Assembly: GCF_009834535.1 (NCBI RefSeq)
Contig: NC_045708.1
Location: 496,001-560,000 of the forward strand
From: Camelus ferus
Lineage: Eukaryota
Reading direction: 5' to 3'
DNA: 64,000 nt
This document shows positions 27,331 through 39,810 of the stretch, in pieces; within the stretch, counting starts at the first letter, position 1, and each line of letters begins with the position of its first letter. The notes beneath the pieces are model-generated. The model ran no database searches, had not been told where the DNA came from, and saw nothing but the letters and a program-made list of their open reading frames with translations. The translations under genes were made by a program, and so were the position numbers.

Positions 27331-30184
27331 GAAACTCCTTCGCCTCCAGGGCTTCGACTCCTTTGGAGATGGATTGCGCCAACTTGGGAAGGGCGCCAGA
27401 GAGAAGAGGCTTTCTTTGTTGAAAACTATTCACTCTGCTCACAAAAGGGGCAGCTGTACGGCGGACCACTCTCTGCTTTAATTAATCCTTCCCCTACTTC
27501 CTCGCAGATGTGGCCCTGGGGTAGCCCCACCAAATGCCCAGGAAGAGGGCTAGGGCTGGACAAAGGGAACAGCCCCTGCACAAGCCCACCTGGTGCAGTG
27601 GGTGGGCATCACCACCTGGGAGAAGGAGGAGCACACACCGTCCTGAACTCTTGTCTTCAGGACAGGAGCCCACACCCACTGTAGCCCCTGAATCCCCATC
27701 CTGCTAAACCGGCCAGCGCTCAGGACACTTCTCAGGGCCAGGCGACACCTAGCCACGCCTGCCTGACCTGACTGGGCATGCAGGAGGAGCACGTCACGGG
27801 CAGGGAGCAGACCTCTGGCTGAAGGGCCAGTCTTTGCCCTGGGTGGGGACATGAGGAGGGGTCCCGGCAACTGTCCTGTGGCCTCCTGGCAGCACCTTCC
27901 AGGTGCTGTCCTCACCTAGGGGGGAGAGAGGAGGGACCGGGTGGACTGCAATGCTTACTGAGTCCTTGGTCCCCGCACACCCACCCATGGAGCACCCCAT
28001 CTCCACCCCCAGCCTCGCTGATTCCACTCCTCCCCAGTGATCCCAGTCAGCATCACATCTCAAGGCTTCCACCAGAGCCTGAGGCCCAGCACACCTGGCT
28101 TGGAACACCCTGCCCCCAACACCAGGCCTCTCCAGCTCCTTGGGACCCTAAGCAGAGTCTTCTCAGGCCTCTGCACCTAGTAGGGGAGGGCTGGGGATCA
28201 AGGTTTGGAGAAGGGCACTCCTGGCCCTACCCCTGACTTCTACCCTCTTCCTCAGGCAGGGAGGGCCCTGAGCTCAGACTCTGTCTGAGGAGGGCTCTGG
28301 AGCTCCCTCATGTCAGTGGTCAGGGACCCCCATGTCCTCACCTGGAGCTCCCTGGGGCCACCGAGTTTCCAGTGGAAACCTGAGGCAGCTGCTCTGCCTG
28401 AGGGGTGGGGACACGGGCCCCAATAGCATGCTCTCCAGTGGTCCAGATCTCCACTACCAGATCCTATGGGCCAGAGGATGGCTGGGTGACGACCCAACCA
28501 GCCCACTCCTGAGAGGAGCCAGGCAGAAACAGGACTGCTCAGAGCTTTGCGTAGCTGGGGTGGGGGTGGGGGCAGGGTCCAGTGAGATCCAGCCTGAGGA
28601 CTCCCTGAACGTCTGATGCTCACGCCCTGTACCTGTTCAGGGGCTTGGGGAAACCAGTGCTGAGCTTTTCCTGATCTGGCAGCTCTGGGCTGGGTGGGAG
28701 GGCCAGCCTGGGGGTTGTGGGCTCTGCTGTTCCCCGACCTGGGCATTTACTCTGTCCGGGGCATCTGTGGCAAAAAGCAGACAAGGGTGGGGGGAGGGCT
28801 GTGCCCTGCAGGTCCCTGTGCAGGTCCCTGTGCTGCAGCAGGGCTGGGAGGGCAGGTGTGAGAAAGCCCTGCTTCCCTGCTGAGGGTTCTGTGCTGAAGA
28901 AGCAGCGGAACTGTCCCCAGAGACCATGGACTGTCCCCGTCATCCTTCACTCCACATCAGCCCCCAGCCCACCTCTGCTGCCACCCCTGCTAATGGCCAA
29001 CAGGGTTGCCCTCTCTAGTCTTATGAAAAGCTCAGTCCCAGGCTTAGCTCTCTGGGAGTGGTGGGGAGCTCTCTGGAACCCCCTCTGCCCCAGCCACAGC
29101 CTAAGAGGAAAGTGGGTGGATTCTGGGCCCCTTCCCCTGGCCCCACAGAGACAGCCTATCTCTGGTCCTTGATCCACCAGCCCTGAGAGCCCCCAGCAGA
29201 GCCCCACAACAGTTCCCTGCCCATAACTGTGAGGGCTAATTGGGTTTGCAGGGCATCTGGGGGTGCTGTCATTCCTGCCCCGTTAATGGCCATGCACCCA
29301 AAGGACTGGGGAGGGACAGTGCTCCTGGCACAGTGAGGCATGGAGACCTGATGTCAGGGGAAGGTGGCCTTTGAGGGGAGCAGGGCTCCACTGTCACCCA
29401 GTCTGGGCTCTGAGAACCAGGAGTTCATCTCTGTGGGGCTGCGTTTCTCAAAGTGCCATCTGCCTCCTCTCCACGTGCAGGACCCCAAAGGTGCCTCGGC
29501 CAGACTCTGACCAGATGGCCTGGGCCTCTGTGTGGTCGGGACAGGGAGGAGGTGGCCCTCAGGGCTCCCCAGTGCCCCATCCCCAGTGGATGACTCTGAG
29601 GGGAGATGACCCAGGGACCCCAGGCCCCAGGCCTGGTCGCTGTGATGCCCAAGAGAGGACACTGTCTGGTGGCTACCTGGATGTCTGGATGGTGTCCCAA
29701 GCCTACCCATCACAATGACAGGCATCCCTGGTGCTTGGTGACAGTGACACTGCTGAGGTTGTGCATTAAGAACCTTCACACAGCTCATGTCTCCTTTGCT
29801 TTTGCAGGTGAGGCAGCCGGTCACGGAGGAGACTGGTCTCCCCTCGAGCCAGGCAGAGGGGGCAGGTGCTCCAGCCCCGGCTGTTTTCCTGCTGAGACGT
29901 CCCTGCTTCCCTGCTCCCTGTGGACAGAGACATGCTGGGCGTTCGGAAGCATGTTTCCAGGGCAGCACGGGCAGTGGGCTGGCATCTGTTTTCTCACCTG
30001 TAGAGCACGGAGGGGTGGGTGGGGCCTGGCTGCCCGGATCCTGCCGAAAGGAGATGATATTACTCTGCTCCAAAGTGTCTCCAGTTAGAAATTATCAAAG
30101 AAGTGAGAAATTGTTGAGAAGGCAGCACAGTTTGTCTTTTCAGGTGTCCGTTGTTGTGACTGTAGTTCTAAAACATTTATTTAT

Positions 30185-30625
30185 ATTGTTTTTAAAATTG
30201 AAGTATATAGTTGATTTACAATATTATATTAGATTCAAGTGTAACATAGAGATTCAGTATTTTTATACGTGATAATTTAAAGTTATTACCAGATAACGGC
30301 TGTATTCCCTGGCTGTGCAATATATCCTTGTTGCTTATCTATTGTACATGTCCCAGTTTGTCTCTTAATCTCATACCACTGTCTTACCAACCACCTTCCT
30401 TCTCCCCACTGGTAACCACGGGTTTGTTCTCATATATGTGAGTTTGACTCTATTTTGTTATATGTACTAGTTTATTTTTTAGATTCCATATGTAAGTAAT
30501 AACATACAGTATTTGTCTTTGACTTATTTCACTAATCATAACACACTCTAGGTCCATCCACATTGTTGCAAATGGCAGAATTTCATTCTTTTCTATCACT
30601 AAGTAATATTCCATTGTGTTTTGTT
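30185..30625 (-). mobile_element. LINE-1 3'-end fragment
   Basis: Minus-strand translation MEYYLVIEKNEILPFATMWMDLECVMISEISQ matches the L1 ORF2 C-terminus, followed by an L1 3' UTR and T-rich tail. Confidence 0.85.
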
Positions 30626-30964
30626 CACTCTGTAACCCCAGCTCCTTCCTCTGCAAAGCTGCAGTCTGCAGGGCAAAATCCACTCACTTGTCATTTAGTT
30701 ATTTTAAAATCTTGGGCCCCTCTGCGCTGGGAGAAATGGGAAACAATACAGAATCCTCGCCCCTATGCTGAGCCCAGTGGTGTTCTCAGCCTCACCACCC
30801 CCACCTGCAGCTGACCAGGGCCCACGGCCCCTTCTCACCTGGTCTCCCCACCCGCCGGCCCCTCCTCTCTGTGTGGCCGGCCCTGAGGCTCAGCCACCTC
30901 GATGGGCCCAGTTTTACTGCATTTGGAGTGGCTGTCTCCCTACTTACCTTTCCTGCAGCTCAGT

Positions 30965-31230
30965 CATACATTTATTTATCTACTTTTACTGAAGTATAAT
31001 CTGTTTACAATGTTGTGTTAGTTTCCAGTATACAGCACATTCAGTTATATGTATATATTCCTTTTCATATTATGTTTCACTGTAAGCTATTACAAGGTAT
31101 TGAATATAGTTCCGTGTGCTGTACAGTAGGACCTTGTTGTCTATTTTACAGATAGTAGTTAACTGTCTGCAAATCCTGAACTCCTAATGTATCCCTCCAC
31201 CCCCTCGTTATACATTTTAAACCATGCTTT
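30965..31230 (-). mobile_element. LINE-1 3' UTR fragment
   Basis: Same 3' UTR motifs as the 30185 and 42135 copies (gaagtata...tttacaatgttgtg..., aaggtattgaatatagttccgtgtgctgtacagtagg). Confidence 0.75.
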
Positions 31231-32649
31231 CTATATGTCATACAGATTTGGCATCTGTTCACGGAGGTCTTTCAAAGATGGAATCCACCTTGTTGCTCAG
31301 AATCGGACGCTTGTTTCCTAACCGGTGATTAATTTTTTGCAGGGGCAAACCTGGCTTACAAGTAAAAGTGTATTGGGTGAACTGGCTCTGTCCTCCCGTG
31401 AGCCCCAGGCACCGCCGGGGTCAGCAGCGCGGTTCCCTCCCACCCCCACCCCCGCCCTGGCATCTGCGCGCCCCGGGGGCCGAGGGTGCAGGCCACTTTT
31501 AGCACACTAATGCTCTCCCACCCGCCTGGGACGTGAACGCTGAGGCTGTGGCAGCACCTGTGGATGCACGACTGGCTTTGCTTTCGTCCTCTGGCGTCAT
31601 CAGCAACGCTGCAGGGGTCGCCCTGCTGGGACCTTTGTGCACCTGCTGGAAGACGCGCCTGGAGGAGCCCCGCGTCCCTCGCCGCGAGCGTCTCCGAGCG
31701 CGACCGGCAGGGGGCGCACGTCTTCGGCGCGGCGGGCACCGCCACCTGCTGGCCGCGCGGCGAATAGCGGCCGCGTGGGGTCCGGGCCCTGCTCTCCCCG
31801 CACCGCCCCCCTCCCCACCCCGCGAAGGGTCGAAGGGTCGGGGTTCCTGCCTTCAGAGAGCGCGGACGTTCAGTTGTTTAAGCTCTTCTTTTCCTGTTCC
31901 TTTTGTGTCCTGGGCTCGGGTTCTGTCCTTCGTACCAACCTGTATTGCTCAGCCTTAGTCTGTTACGTAAGTTGCAAGTAGCTCTCCCACTTTTTGGCCT
32001 TTTGACTTTGCTTGTAATGATTTGCCCAGCAAGAATGGTTAACTTTTACGCGGAAAACGTAGCATCCTTTGTCACTTCCGGATCTGGGGTCTTGTTTACA
32101 AGAGCCTCGCCAGGCCTGAGGTTAAGAAGGGATTCTCCTTTGGTCCCGCACTACTTCCATGGTTTCTGTCGAGTCTGGATCAGCCTGGGACTGGTTCTGT
32201 AAGGCACAAACTCCAGGTTCAACCTCCTTTATTAAGTGCCCCCCCCCCCCCCCCGCTACCCAGGGGTTTATGAGCCGCCCTTATGCACGTGAGGTCCACA
32301 GGATGTTCTGCTCTGTTCTGCTCTCCTGGCTCTACCCTGTCTAATTATTCAGGTCTCAATACGCTTTACCGTCTGGTAAGGCTGGTACCCCTTCAGTACT
32401 TCTGTTTCAGAAGTGTTGTGGATATTCTTCCTTTTTTATTTTTATTTTTATTTATTTATTCTTTTCCTTTTTTAAAAACACTTTTATTGTGATATGATTC
32501 CTGTACAGTTAACTGCACATATTTCAGATGTACAATTTGATGAATTTTGATAGATGTATATACACCAATGAAACCACTACCACAATCAAGATAGCTGACA
32601 TTTCCATCACTCCCCAAGAGATGCAAATTTCAGATTCCTAATTTATCCC

Positions 32650-33540
32650 TTCCCACCTCCTTTACTACCTGATAACCATCAGTTTGTGCTCTATGTCTGA
32701 GTCTGTTTCTGTCGTGTAAGTAAGTTCATTTGTGTCCTTTTTTTTTTAGATTCCACATATAAGCGATATCATATGGCATTTTTCTTTCTCTTTCTGGCTC
32801 ACTTCACTTAGAATGACAGTCTCCAGGTCCAGCCATGTTGCTGCAAATAGCATTATTTTATTCTTTTTTATGGCTGAGTAGTATTCCATTGTATAACTAT
32901 ACCACAACTTATTTATCCAGTCATCTGTCAATGGACATTTGGGGCGCTTCCATGTCTTGGCTAATGTAAATAGTGCTGCTGTGAACATTGGGCTGCACAT
33001 GTCTTTTCTTTTTTTGGTGGGGGAGGAAATTAGGTTTATTTATTAATTTTTTTAATAGAGGTACTGGGGATTGAACCCAGGACCTTGTGCATGCTAAGCA
33101 CATGCTCTACCACTGAGCTATATACTCCCCCTACTGTGTGTTTTTTCCGAATTATTTTTTCCTCCGGATATATGCCCAGGAGGGGGATTGCTGGATCACA
33201 TGGTAAGTCTATTTTTAGTCTTTTAAGGAATCTCCATACTGCCCTCCATAGTGGCTGCACCAGTTTACATTCCCACCAGCAGCGTAGGAGGGTTCCCTTT
33301 TCTCCACACCCTCTGCAGCATTTATTGTTTGTGGACTTTTGAATGATGGCCCTCCTGACTGGTGTGACGTGATACCTCACTGCAGTTTTGGTTTGCATTT
33401 CTCTGACAATTAGTGGTGTTGAGCATCTTTCCATGTGCCTGTTGGCCATCTGTATGTCTTCATTGGAGAGATGTCTGTTTAGGTTTTCTGCTCATTTTTT
33501 AATTGGGTTGCTTGGGTTTTTTTATATAAAACTGTATCAG
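32650..33540 (-). mobile_element. LINE-1 ORF2 C-terminal fragment interrupted by a SINE
   Basis: [22 protein letters not shown]...[11 protein letters not shown]...[11 protein letters not shown] and MFTAALFTLAKTWKRPKCP...MEYYSAIKKNKI. Confidence 0.93.
33009..33131 (-). mobile_element. tRNA-Ala(AGC)-derived SINE (camelid Vic-1-like)
   Basis: GGGGGAGTATATAGCTCAGTGGTAGAGCATGTGCTTAGCATGCACAAGGTCCTGGGTTCAATCCCCAGTACCTC with A and B boxes, then an AT-rich tail and poly(A). Inserted inside L1 ORF2. Confidence 0.88.
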
Positions 33541-33552
33541 CTGATATTCACT

Positions 33553-33637
33553 TATTTTTAATGGAGGTACTGGGAATGGAACCCAGGACCCCCTGCATGC
33601 TTAGCACACCCTCTGCCCCTGAGCTACCCCATCCCCC
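33553..33637 (-). mobile_element. second, more diverged tRNA-Ala-derived SINE
   Basis: atggaggtactgggaatggaacccaggacc...gcatgcttagcac...gagctacccc, homologous to 33009-33131. Confidence 0.78.
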
Positions 33638-34699
33638 TTCTTGCTTTGTTCATATATGCATCTTATCTGTGCATTTATCTGATTGTATCCAATGTATTTA
33701 TTTTTTTTAATCTGTTGAGGTATAATTTTTTAAGTAAAATGCATCCATTTTAGAGTACAGTTCGGTGAATTTTTGGCAGATGTGGACATCTGTGTAGTCA
33801 CACTCAATCCAGACACAAACATTCCTGCTCCATTCTTCCTGGGCTTCTCTGCCCTGCTCTCAGTGATCCTGCCTGTTCTGGAAGGTCATGGAAATGGAGT
33901 CGTTCTGTCATTTCTCTCCTGCACCTGGCTTCTTCCACGCCGCTGCACGCCTCAGCAGTTCGCTTCTTTCCTGCCGTGTGGTGCTCATTACACAGCTTGC
34001 TTATCCATCGCCTGTTGGTGGACGTTTGGCAGGCCTGGCAATCATGGAGAAGCAGCTACAAACATCCATATAGGAGTCTTGCGTGGCTCTATGTTTTCAG
34101 TGATCTCCAGTGAATATGTAGGTGTGGTGGCACTTAGGGGACACAGGGCAGGTGTGTGACTGACACTAACAATCTGCCAGACCACTTTCCTCAGTGGCCG
34201 TACCGTTTTATATTTCTACCAGCAAGAGGTGGGACTTCCCGTTGCTCCACATCCTGGCCAACACTTGGCAATTTCAGTCTTTTCCTAGTGGATGTGGGTG
34301 TGTAGTGATAGCCGATTATGTGTGTGTAACTTTTTATTTTTAAATAATTTAGAATTTCAGAGAAGTTGAAAAATCAGTACAGCGAGTTCCCATAGTCCGT
34401 CTCACCCAGGTTCTCCTAATGTTCTCAACTAACACGGACGAAGTACTGAAAGGAAGCAGGACCTTGTCCGCCTCCAGCCCCATCCCCTGCCTCTTGTGTA
34501 TAGAAAAGCTACCATCTCCCAGGCTCCCTGAGTCACAGAAGAGCAGGCTCCAGCAGTGGAGGAGGACAAGCCTGCGGGCACTGGGGGATGGCAAAGACCC
34601 TGAGCACCTGTCTCAACCATTGGCTAAGATTACCCCCCCATTCTCCTGTAAAACTTTCATGGCTGAGCAGAATCTTTGGAGATGGCTTCTGGGGGGATG

Positions 34700-35330
34700 C
34701 TGAGTCCACTGGACTGCAGGCATTCTAGTTAAAAGCAACTTTCCTTTTTGTTACCAAGACTGTCGCCCCCAGGATCATCCCCCCACCCCTCCCTCAGATA
34801 GAAACCAATTACTCTTTATCCTAGTCTCAGGAGGCAGCGGCAGAGAAGCAACAAGAACCGGTTAGAACCCAGCATGTCTGAGACGGCAGAGGACCTGGCT
34901 TCCAGTGGACCTGGAGCCTCATTACATGCTCGTTGTAAGATATTAGCTCCTAGTGACACCCCAACCAGCGCCATGGCAGCTGACGACTGCCATGACAACC
35001 ACCGGAAAAGCCCATGGAAGGACTGAAAACAAGGACTGATTGGCTCTGTCACACCTGGAAGAGGGACATGATGGCAGAAGCCTCCCATAAAGTCCACGTA
35101 GCCGGACCTGGGCCGGAGCCGTCCCCATCGTCCAGCTTGGCTGACCGCTCCCCCCCTCCCCCGGAGCCCTCTTCCTTGCGCGAGCACTTCTGTCCTTCTC
35201 CCTGCTCGAGCACTTTCCTTCCTTTTCCTCTTTTGAGAAATAAAAGCAGCTTTTGCTCTGTCCCTCTGCCTCAGCTGTGAATCCATTCTAGCCCGTGACA
35301 AGGACCCACACGTTGGCGGGCCTTCTGATT
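34700..35330 (+). mobile_element. probable solo LTR (ERV class)
   Basis: LTR-like composition with ccatgacaaccaccggaa, AATAAA at 35239-35244 and a U5-like tail. Family not identified; boundaries approximate. Confidence 0.55.
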
Positions 35331-36189
35331 TAGAGCCCTCACTCTTGGCTGACAGTACGATTCTCAAAAGCAGGCGGCGAACTTTGATACCACACCAGCA
35401 ACCAAGAACCGACTCAGATGCTCCCGCCTTCCCACAGCGCCCTCTGCAGTCGTCTGCAGTCCATGAGGGGCCTTCAGCGCCTGCCTGCTGCGCGTGACCT
35501 TGCCGCCTGCGAAGGGCGCTGCTCAGTGTGGTGCTGGCGCTCCTACAGCCTGGACGTGCCTGCTGTTCTCTCCAGGCTGGAATGACGTCAAACATTTTTG
35601 GCAAAAGTTATGTGTCCACATGCATCCTAACAGGGCATCCACATGTCTCATGGCCGGTGACATTAACCTTGATCACTGGGATGCGGTGGGGTCTGCTGGA
35701 CTTGTCCACTGTAAAGGCAACCAACAGCTAATGGAGAGACACTCAGAGACCATGGAAATGTCCTTTCTCATCATATACTCTCACCACGAATTTCAGCATC
35801 CACCCATGGTCCCTGCCAACAGTCAGCACTGTGCTGTTTGTCTAATGGTGTGTCCTATTTCTCTCATTCTTCCTGTATTAACAAGAGTTTTTCAGTTAAC
35901 GGAGAGCTGTGCCTTCACCCCCGTTTATTTATTTATTCAATTATTCATTTCAGGGTAGAATCCTAGATACTTAATTTATTCTATGAGGTATAGTCTTACG
36001 TTATCATTTTTTACTTTGTTGCTCAAACTGTCTGTGCTTTGGCCTTTGGGAACTACTTAAATTGGCCCCCGTGTCCTCCCCGCGTCCCTCCACGGTTACC
36101 CTGTGGTTGAGGGGAGACACTGCGTGGGCAGGACCGCCACCTTGCTCGTGCGAAGCCTTTCATCCAGGAACACAGCCGCATGCTTTCCA

Positions 36190-36510
36190 CTTACTCCGGG
36201 CTCTTTAGCTTCTTTCCGCAGCAGTTTGTCGTTTTTGCTGTGCAAGTCTTTCACCCTTTTGGTCAAATTTGTCTCTAGTTATTTTATTCTTTTGGGTGCT
36301 GTTGTAAACGGAATTGTTTTCTTAGTTTACTTCCCCGATTGTTCATCGCTACTGTGTAGAAATACAACAGCTGTGTATCAACCTTGTATCCCGCAGTTTT
36401 GTTTTGCTTATTAGCCATAGTGGTTGTGGGAGAAGTACTTAGGGTTTCCTGTGCATCAGGTCACATCACCTGTGAATGGGGGTAGTTTTACGTCTGCCCT
36501 TCCAATTTGA
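36190..36510 (-). mobile_element. old L1 ORF2 fragment
   Basis: ttttattcttttgggtgctgttgtaaacggaattgttttc...tgtgtagaaatacaac is a typical antisense L1 RT segment. Confidence 0.7.
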
Positions 36511-36516
36511 CTGCTC

Positions 36517-36621
36517 TTTGTTTCTCTTTCTTTCTCTCTCCCTTCCTCCCTTCCTTTTTCTTCCTCCCTCTCTCTCCCTCTCTCTCCCTCCCTCCCTCTC
36601 TCCCTCTCTCTCTCTCTCCTT
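36517..36621. repeat. (CT)n/(CCCT)n low-complexity microsatellite
   Basis: Pure pyrimidine run. Confidence 0.92.
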
Positions 36622-38929
36622 CAGCCAGAATTTCCAGGACAGTGCCGAGCAGAAGTAGTGACAAGGCAGTTTACCTGTTTGTATTCATGTATGCAGTTTT
36701 ACTACAGGGAAGGAGGGAAAGATGTCCAGGAGGCCACAGGCTGTTCAGAAAAGCTGGCAAATTACTGGAAAAGGACACAGAAAAAGCAAAAACACACTAT
36801 TGTGTCGTAGGACAGAGAGAAACATATGGTGATTTTTGATAAATACAGACATCTATGTAATTAACCCTATTGTATTTACGTCCTGTTATAAAAGCCTTAC
36901 ATTTATGTGTATTGAAAATACACACTATTATGGTCCACAACATTTTGATATAAAGAGTTAAAATAAGAGACAAGCTAAAGCACTGTATCACAGAAAAAGG
37001 AACGCCATGAAAACACTGTTGTGTGTTTGGCGCACGTGGTTAATTGGTCCTGTTAATTAACTGTTACTGCTAATGCCGTGCTGATTAGTCACTGATATTT
37101 TCTTTAAAAATAGTATTTATGTAACAGAAAACTGAATACCACAGAAGTATATATTGTTTCAAAAAAACTCCTGTTTTTCATATTTTTTATGTTGAAAGTA
37201 ACAGGTGTTATATTACATATAACTTTACTATTTGAGGTGTTTGTTCCACGTGTTGTTTTATGACCGGGGTCTCCCCACCCAGGGCGCACGCCCCTGCCTG
37301 GGATGAGGGCTTCCGGGGCCCTGTGCTCTCAGCTGTGTCCCAGGGTGACCTCCCCCAGCCCCCCCAGGCTGGGACCCTACACCTAAAAATGTGTCTGCTT
37401 CCTCTCCTTCTCCAAGGCCTTGAGACCCAAGAGCAGACTTGGAAAGGTGGATCCCACAAGAGCCAAGAGAACAGAACCGCCCACAGAGGTCAAGTCCTTC
37501 CGCGAGTTTTCAGAAAAGGACCTTAGGGGTGGTGGACGACGGGCGGGGCAGAGGCGAAGGAGGGAGCTTGCTGGCCCAGCTGGAGGGGCCCCGGGGCCAG
37601 GCCCGAGCCCACACCAGGGACTGCTGTGCGGGACTGAGCTCACCTGCGCCACAGACGCCTAGCAAGCTCAGGTCCCGGAGACACACGTTTCCAGGAAGGG
37701 CGGGTGCGCTCAGGCCGGAACAGAGGTCTGGCTGGAAGGCTGACCTCACCCCTCCGTCGGGACCATGCGGCCGTGGTCGGGCTCTGGACCCGGCCGGCCC
37801 GGGCCTCGCGCTTGTGACTGGTGGAAGCGTGGGTTTCCCTGGGCTGGCTGGGCAGCACGTGCGGGGAGCGCGGGCGGCCCTGGGGACCGTGCCCGGCGCG
37901 TAGTGACCACGGCAAAGTGACGGGGACACTGGTGACTTCACGTGAGGGAACCGCCAGGGGAAAGGAGGTTGGAGGGCGGGCCGCGTCCGCGGGGCGGGAC
38001 CCAGGGCGGGACCCAGCCCCCGACCCGGGCCTGCGTCCGGAGGGAGCGGGCAGCTGCGCGCCGGGGCAGAGGCTGAGCGGCCCCGGAGGCGCCAGGCAAG
38101 GGGCCCGGAGAGCAGGCAGGGCTGCCCCCGGCTTCTGGGCGCGGAGACGCCGTCCCCTCACCGTCCGTCCGTGCTGATTCTTGGGACCCCCGCCCCCGCC
38201 CCCCGGTCCCCGTGGCCCTCGCGGCCTGGCCGGGCGCGCTCGGCCGGGGGGACGTCGCTGGCCTCCCGCGGGCGCACGGGGGGCCCGGGGCTGGGCGGCC
38301 CTGCGGCTGCGGGATGGGAGCCCCGGCGAGGGAGCCGCCGCCGCCGCCAACGAGGGTCCGACGGGGTCGGAGGCCTGGAGACTCGGCACCCAGCCCCCCG
38401 CCACCTCTACTAAGGGGCGGGACCATCCCCTGTCCTTTCCAGCTACTTTTATCTGGAGGTTTTCCGACACTCGGTGGAGCTGGAGCTCCTCCGATATAGT
38501 GCCCCCCCGTGGACGTTTGAGCAGAGGACGAAGGCTCCCCAGATCCCAAGCAGACAGAGAAGGGGAACCTGGAGGAAAGAGAATCAGAGACCAGAAGGAC
38601 GGCTTTTAGAAATCTGTAATTGAACTGAAATGGGGGGGGGGGGGGGAAGCTTCGCCTTGTGGAAGAACATTATCTCTGAGAAAAAAATCAGAAAAAAGCA
38701 GACACGAACTCTCCGAGGCACACTGTGAGACCTTCCGCCTGGGTCTTCCTCGCCACCCAGCAGTTCTCCGGACACTGACCCATGTGCTACAGTTTAACTC
38801 GATATTTTAAAAACCAAAGGAACTGAAGAGCTTTACTGACATGATAGTATATTCAAGAATAATTTTAAGATTAAGAACACTACAGCTGAAACAGAATGGC
38901 ATGTTTATGGTCTCATGCACTTTTGAGGG

Positions 38930-39810
38930 GGGGAGTAATACAGAGAATTCCTATTAAGTACGTGGGAAAGTAGCATTTGGGGAAAGTACACCTACTTATA
39001 GATTTTTTTAAAGTTGTGGTTTCACCTGCACTGTCACAATGTGCCTCTGTCATGAGAAAGCCCTTAAAACCATGGGATTTTTGAACATCCCGGCCCCTTG
39101 CCACATTGTTCCTCCATGTTGGATGGCGGTTGACCTTCACGCACATGACTGCTTCCACTAAGATTTCCCGTGGGTCATCAGCCGTGCACCCATCTGGACT
39201 CCTAGTGCGCCTGGACCATTGGTCTATCTGTCTCGGGGAAGCCTGGAATTTCCTCCTTTTCCTCTTTCAAGGCTGTTCCTGTTAAACCTCCTCCCAGCTC
39301 TCCCCCTCCCTCCAGCCAGTTGGCTCTGTGTTAATTCTGAAAGAGTAGGAGACTAGCCAGATGGCTACTGAGTGGTTCAGGCCCGCGCTCTTAGCTGAAC
39401 TGATCGTATGACTAACACACTCCCCTCCCTGTACCTACTTTTCTTAGAATAACTTATCCTTTTCCCCTGGAGGTCTTGAAAGAAGGTCATGGACTAAACC
39501 CCAAGAAAACGGGCAGGCCCTCCTCAATTCCCCCACAACCACAGCAAGTTCTTATCTGGATGAAAGGAATGTCGCTCCTGCTCACACCCTGATTGTCATC
39601 ACCTCTTCTGTTCCACCCAGAACAGAGAAGGTTTCTATAAAACCTGAAGACCCCCAGCCCCAAGATGGGCTTGCAGTCTGTAAGGCACGAGCCTGCTTTG
39701 ACTCCCTTTGCCAGGCAAAGCAACAAAGCTGTTCTTTTCTCTCTGCCCCAAACTCTGCCTGCGACTCTCAGCTCGGCTGTGGGCGCACAGGGGCAGGTTT
39801 TCAGCAGCAC
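38930..39810 (+). mobile_element. probable ERV LTR
   Basis: Polypurine-tract-like gagggggggag at ~38925, TATA-like ctataaaa at ~39634, decayed poly(A) signal caacaaagct at 39721, terminal ...ttttcagcagca. Boundaries approximate. Confidence 0.5.

Noticed and set aside
33009-33131. tRNA-Ala(AGC) gene
   Set aside because: It has A and B boxes and an AGC-like loop, but the acceptor stem is degenerate, it carries an AT-rich/poly(A) tail and it sits inside an L1. It is a SINE.
37640-38609. Several 140-276-aa ORFs in the orphan CpG island
   Set aside because: Low-complexity Arg/Pro/Gly products in multiple frames; expected from CpG-island composition.
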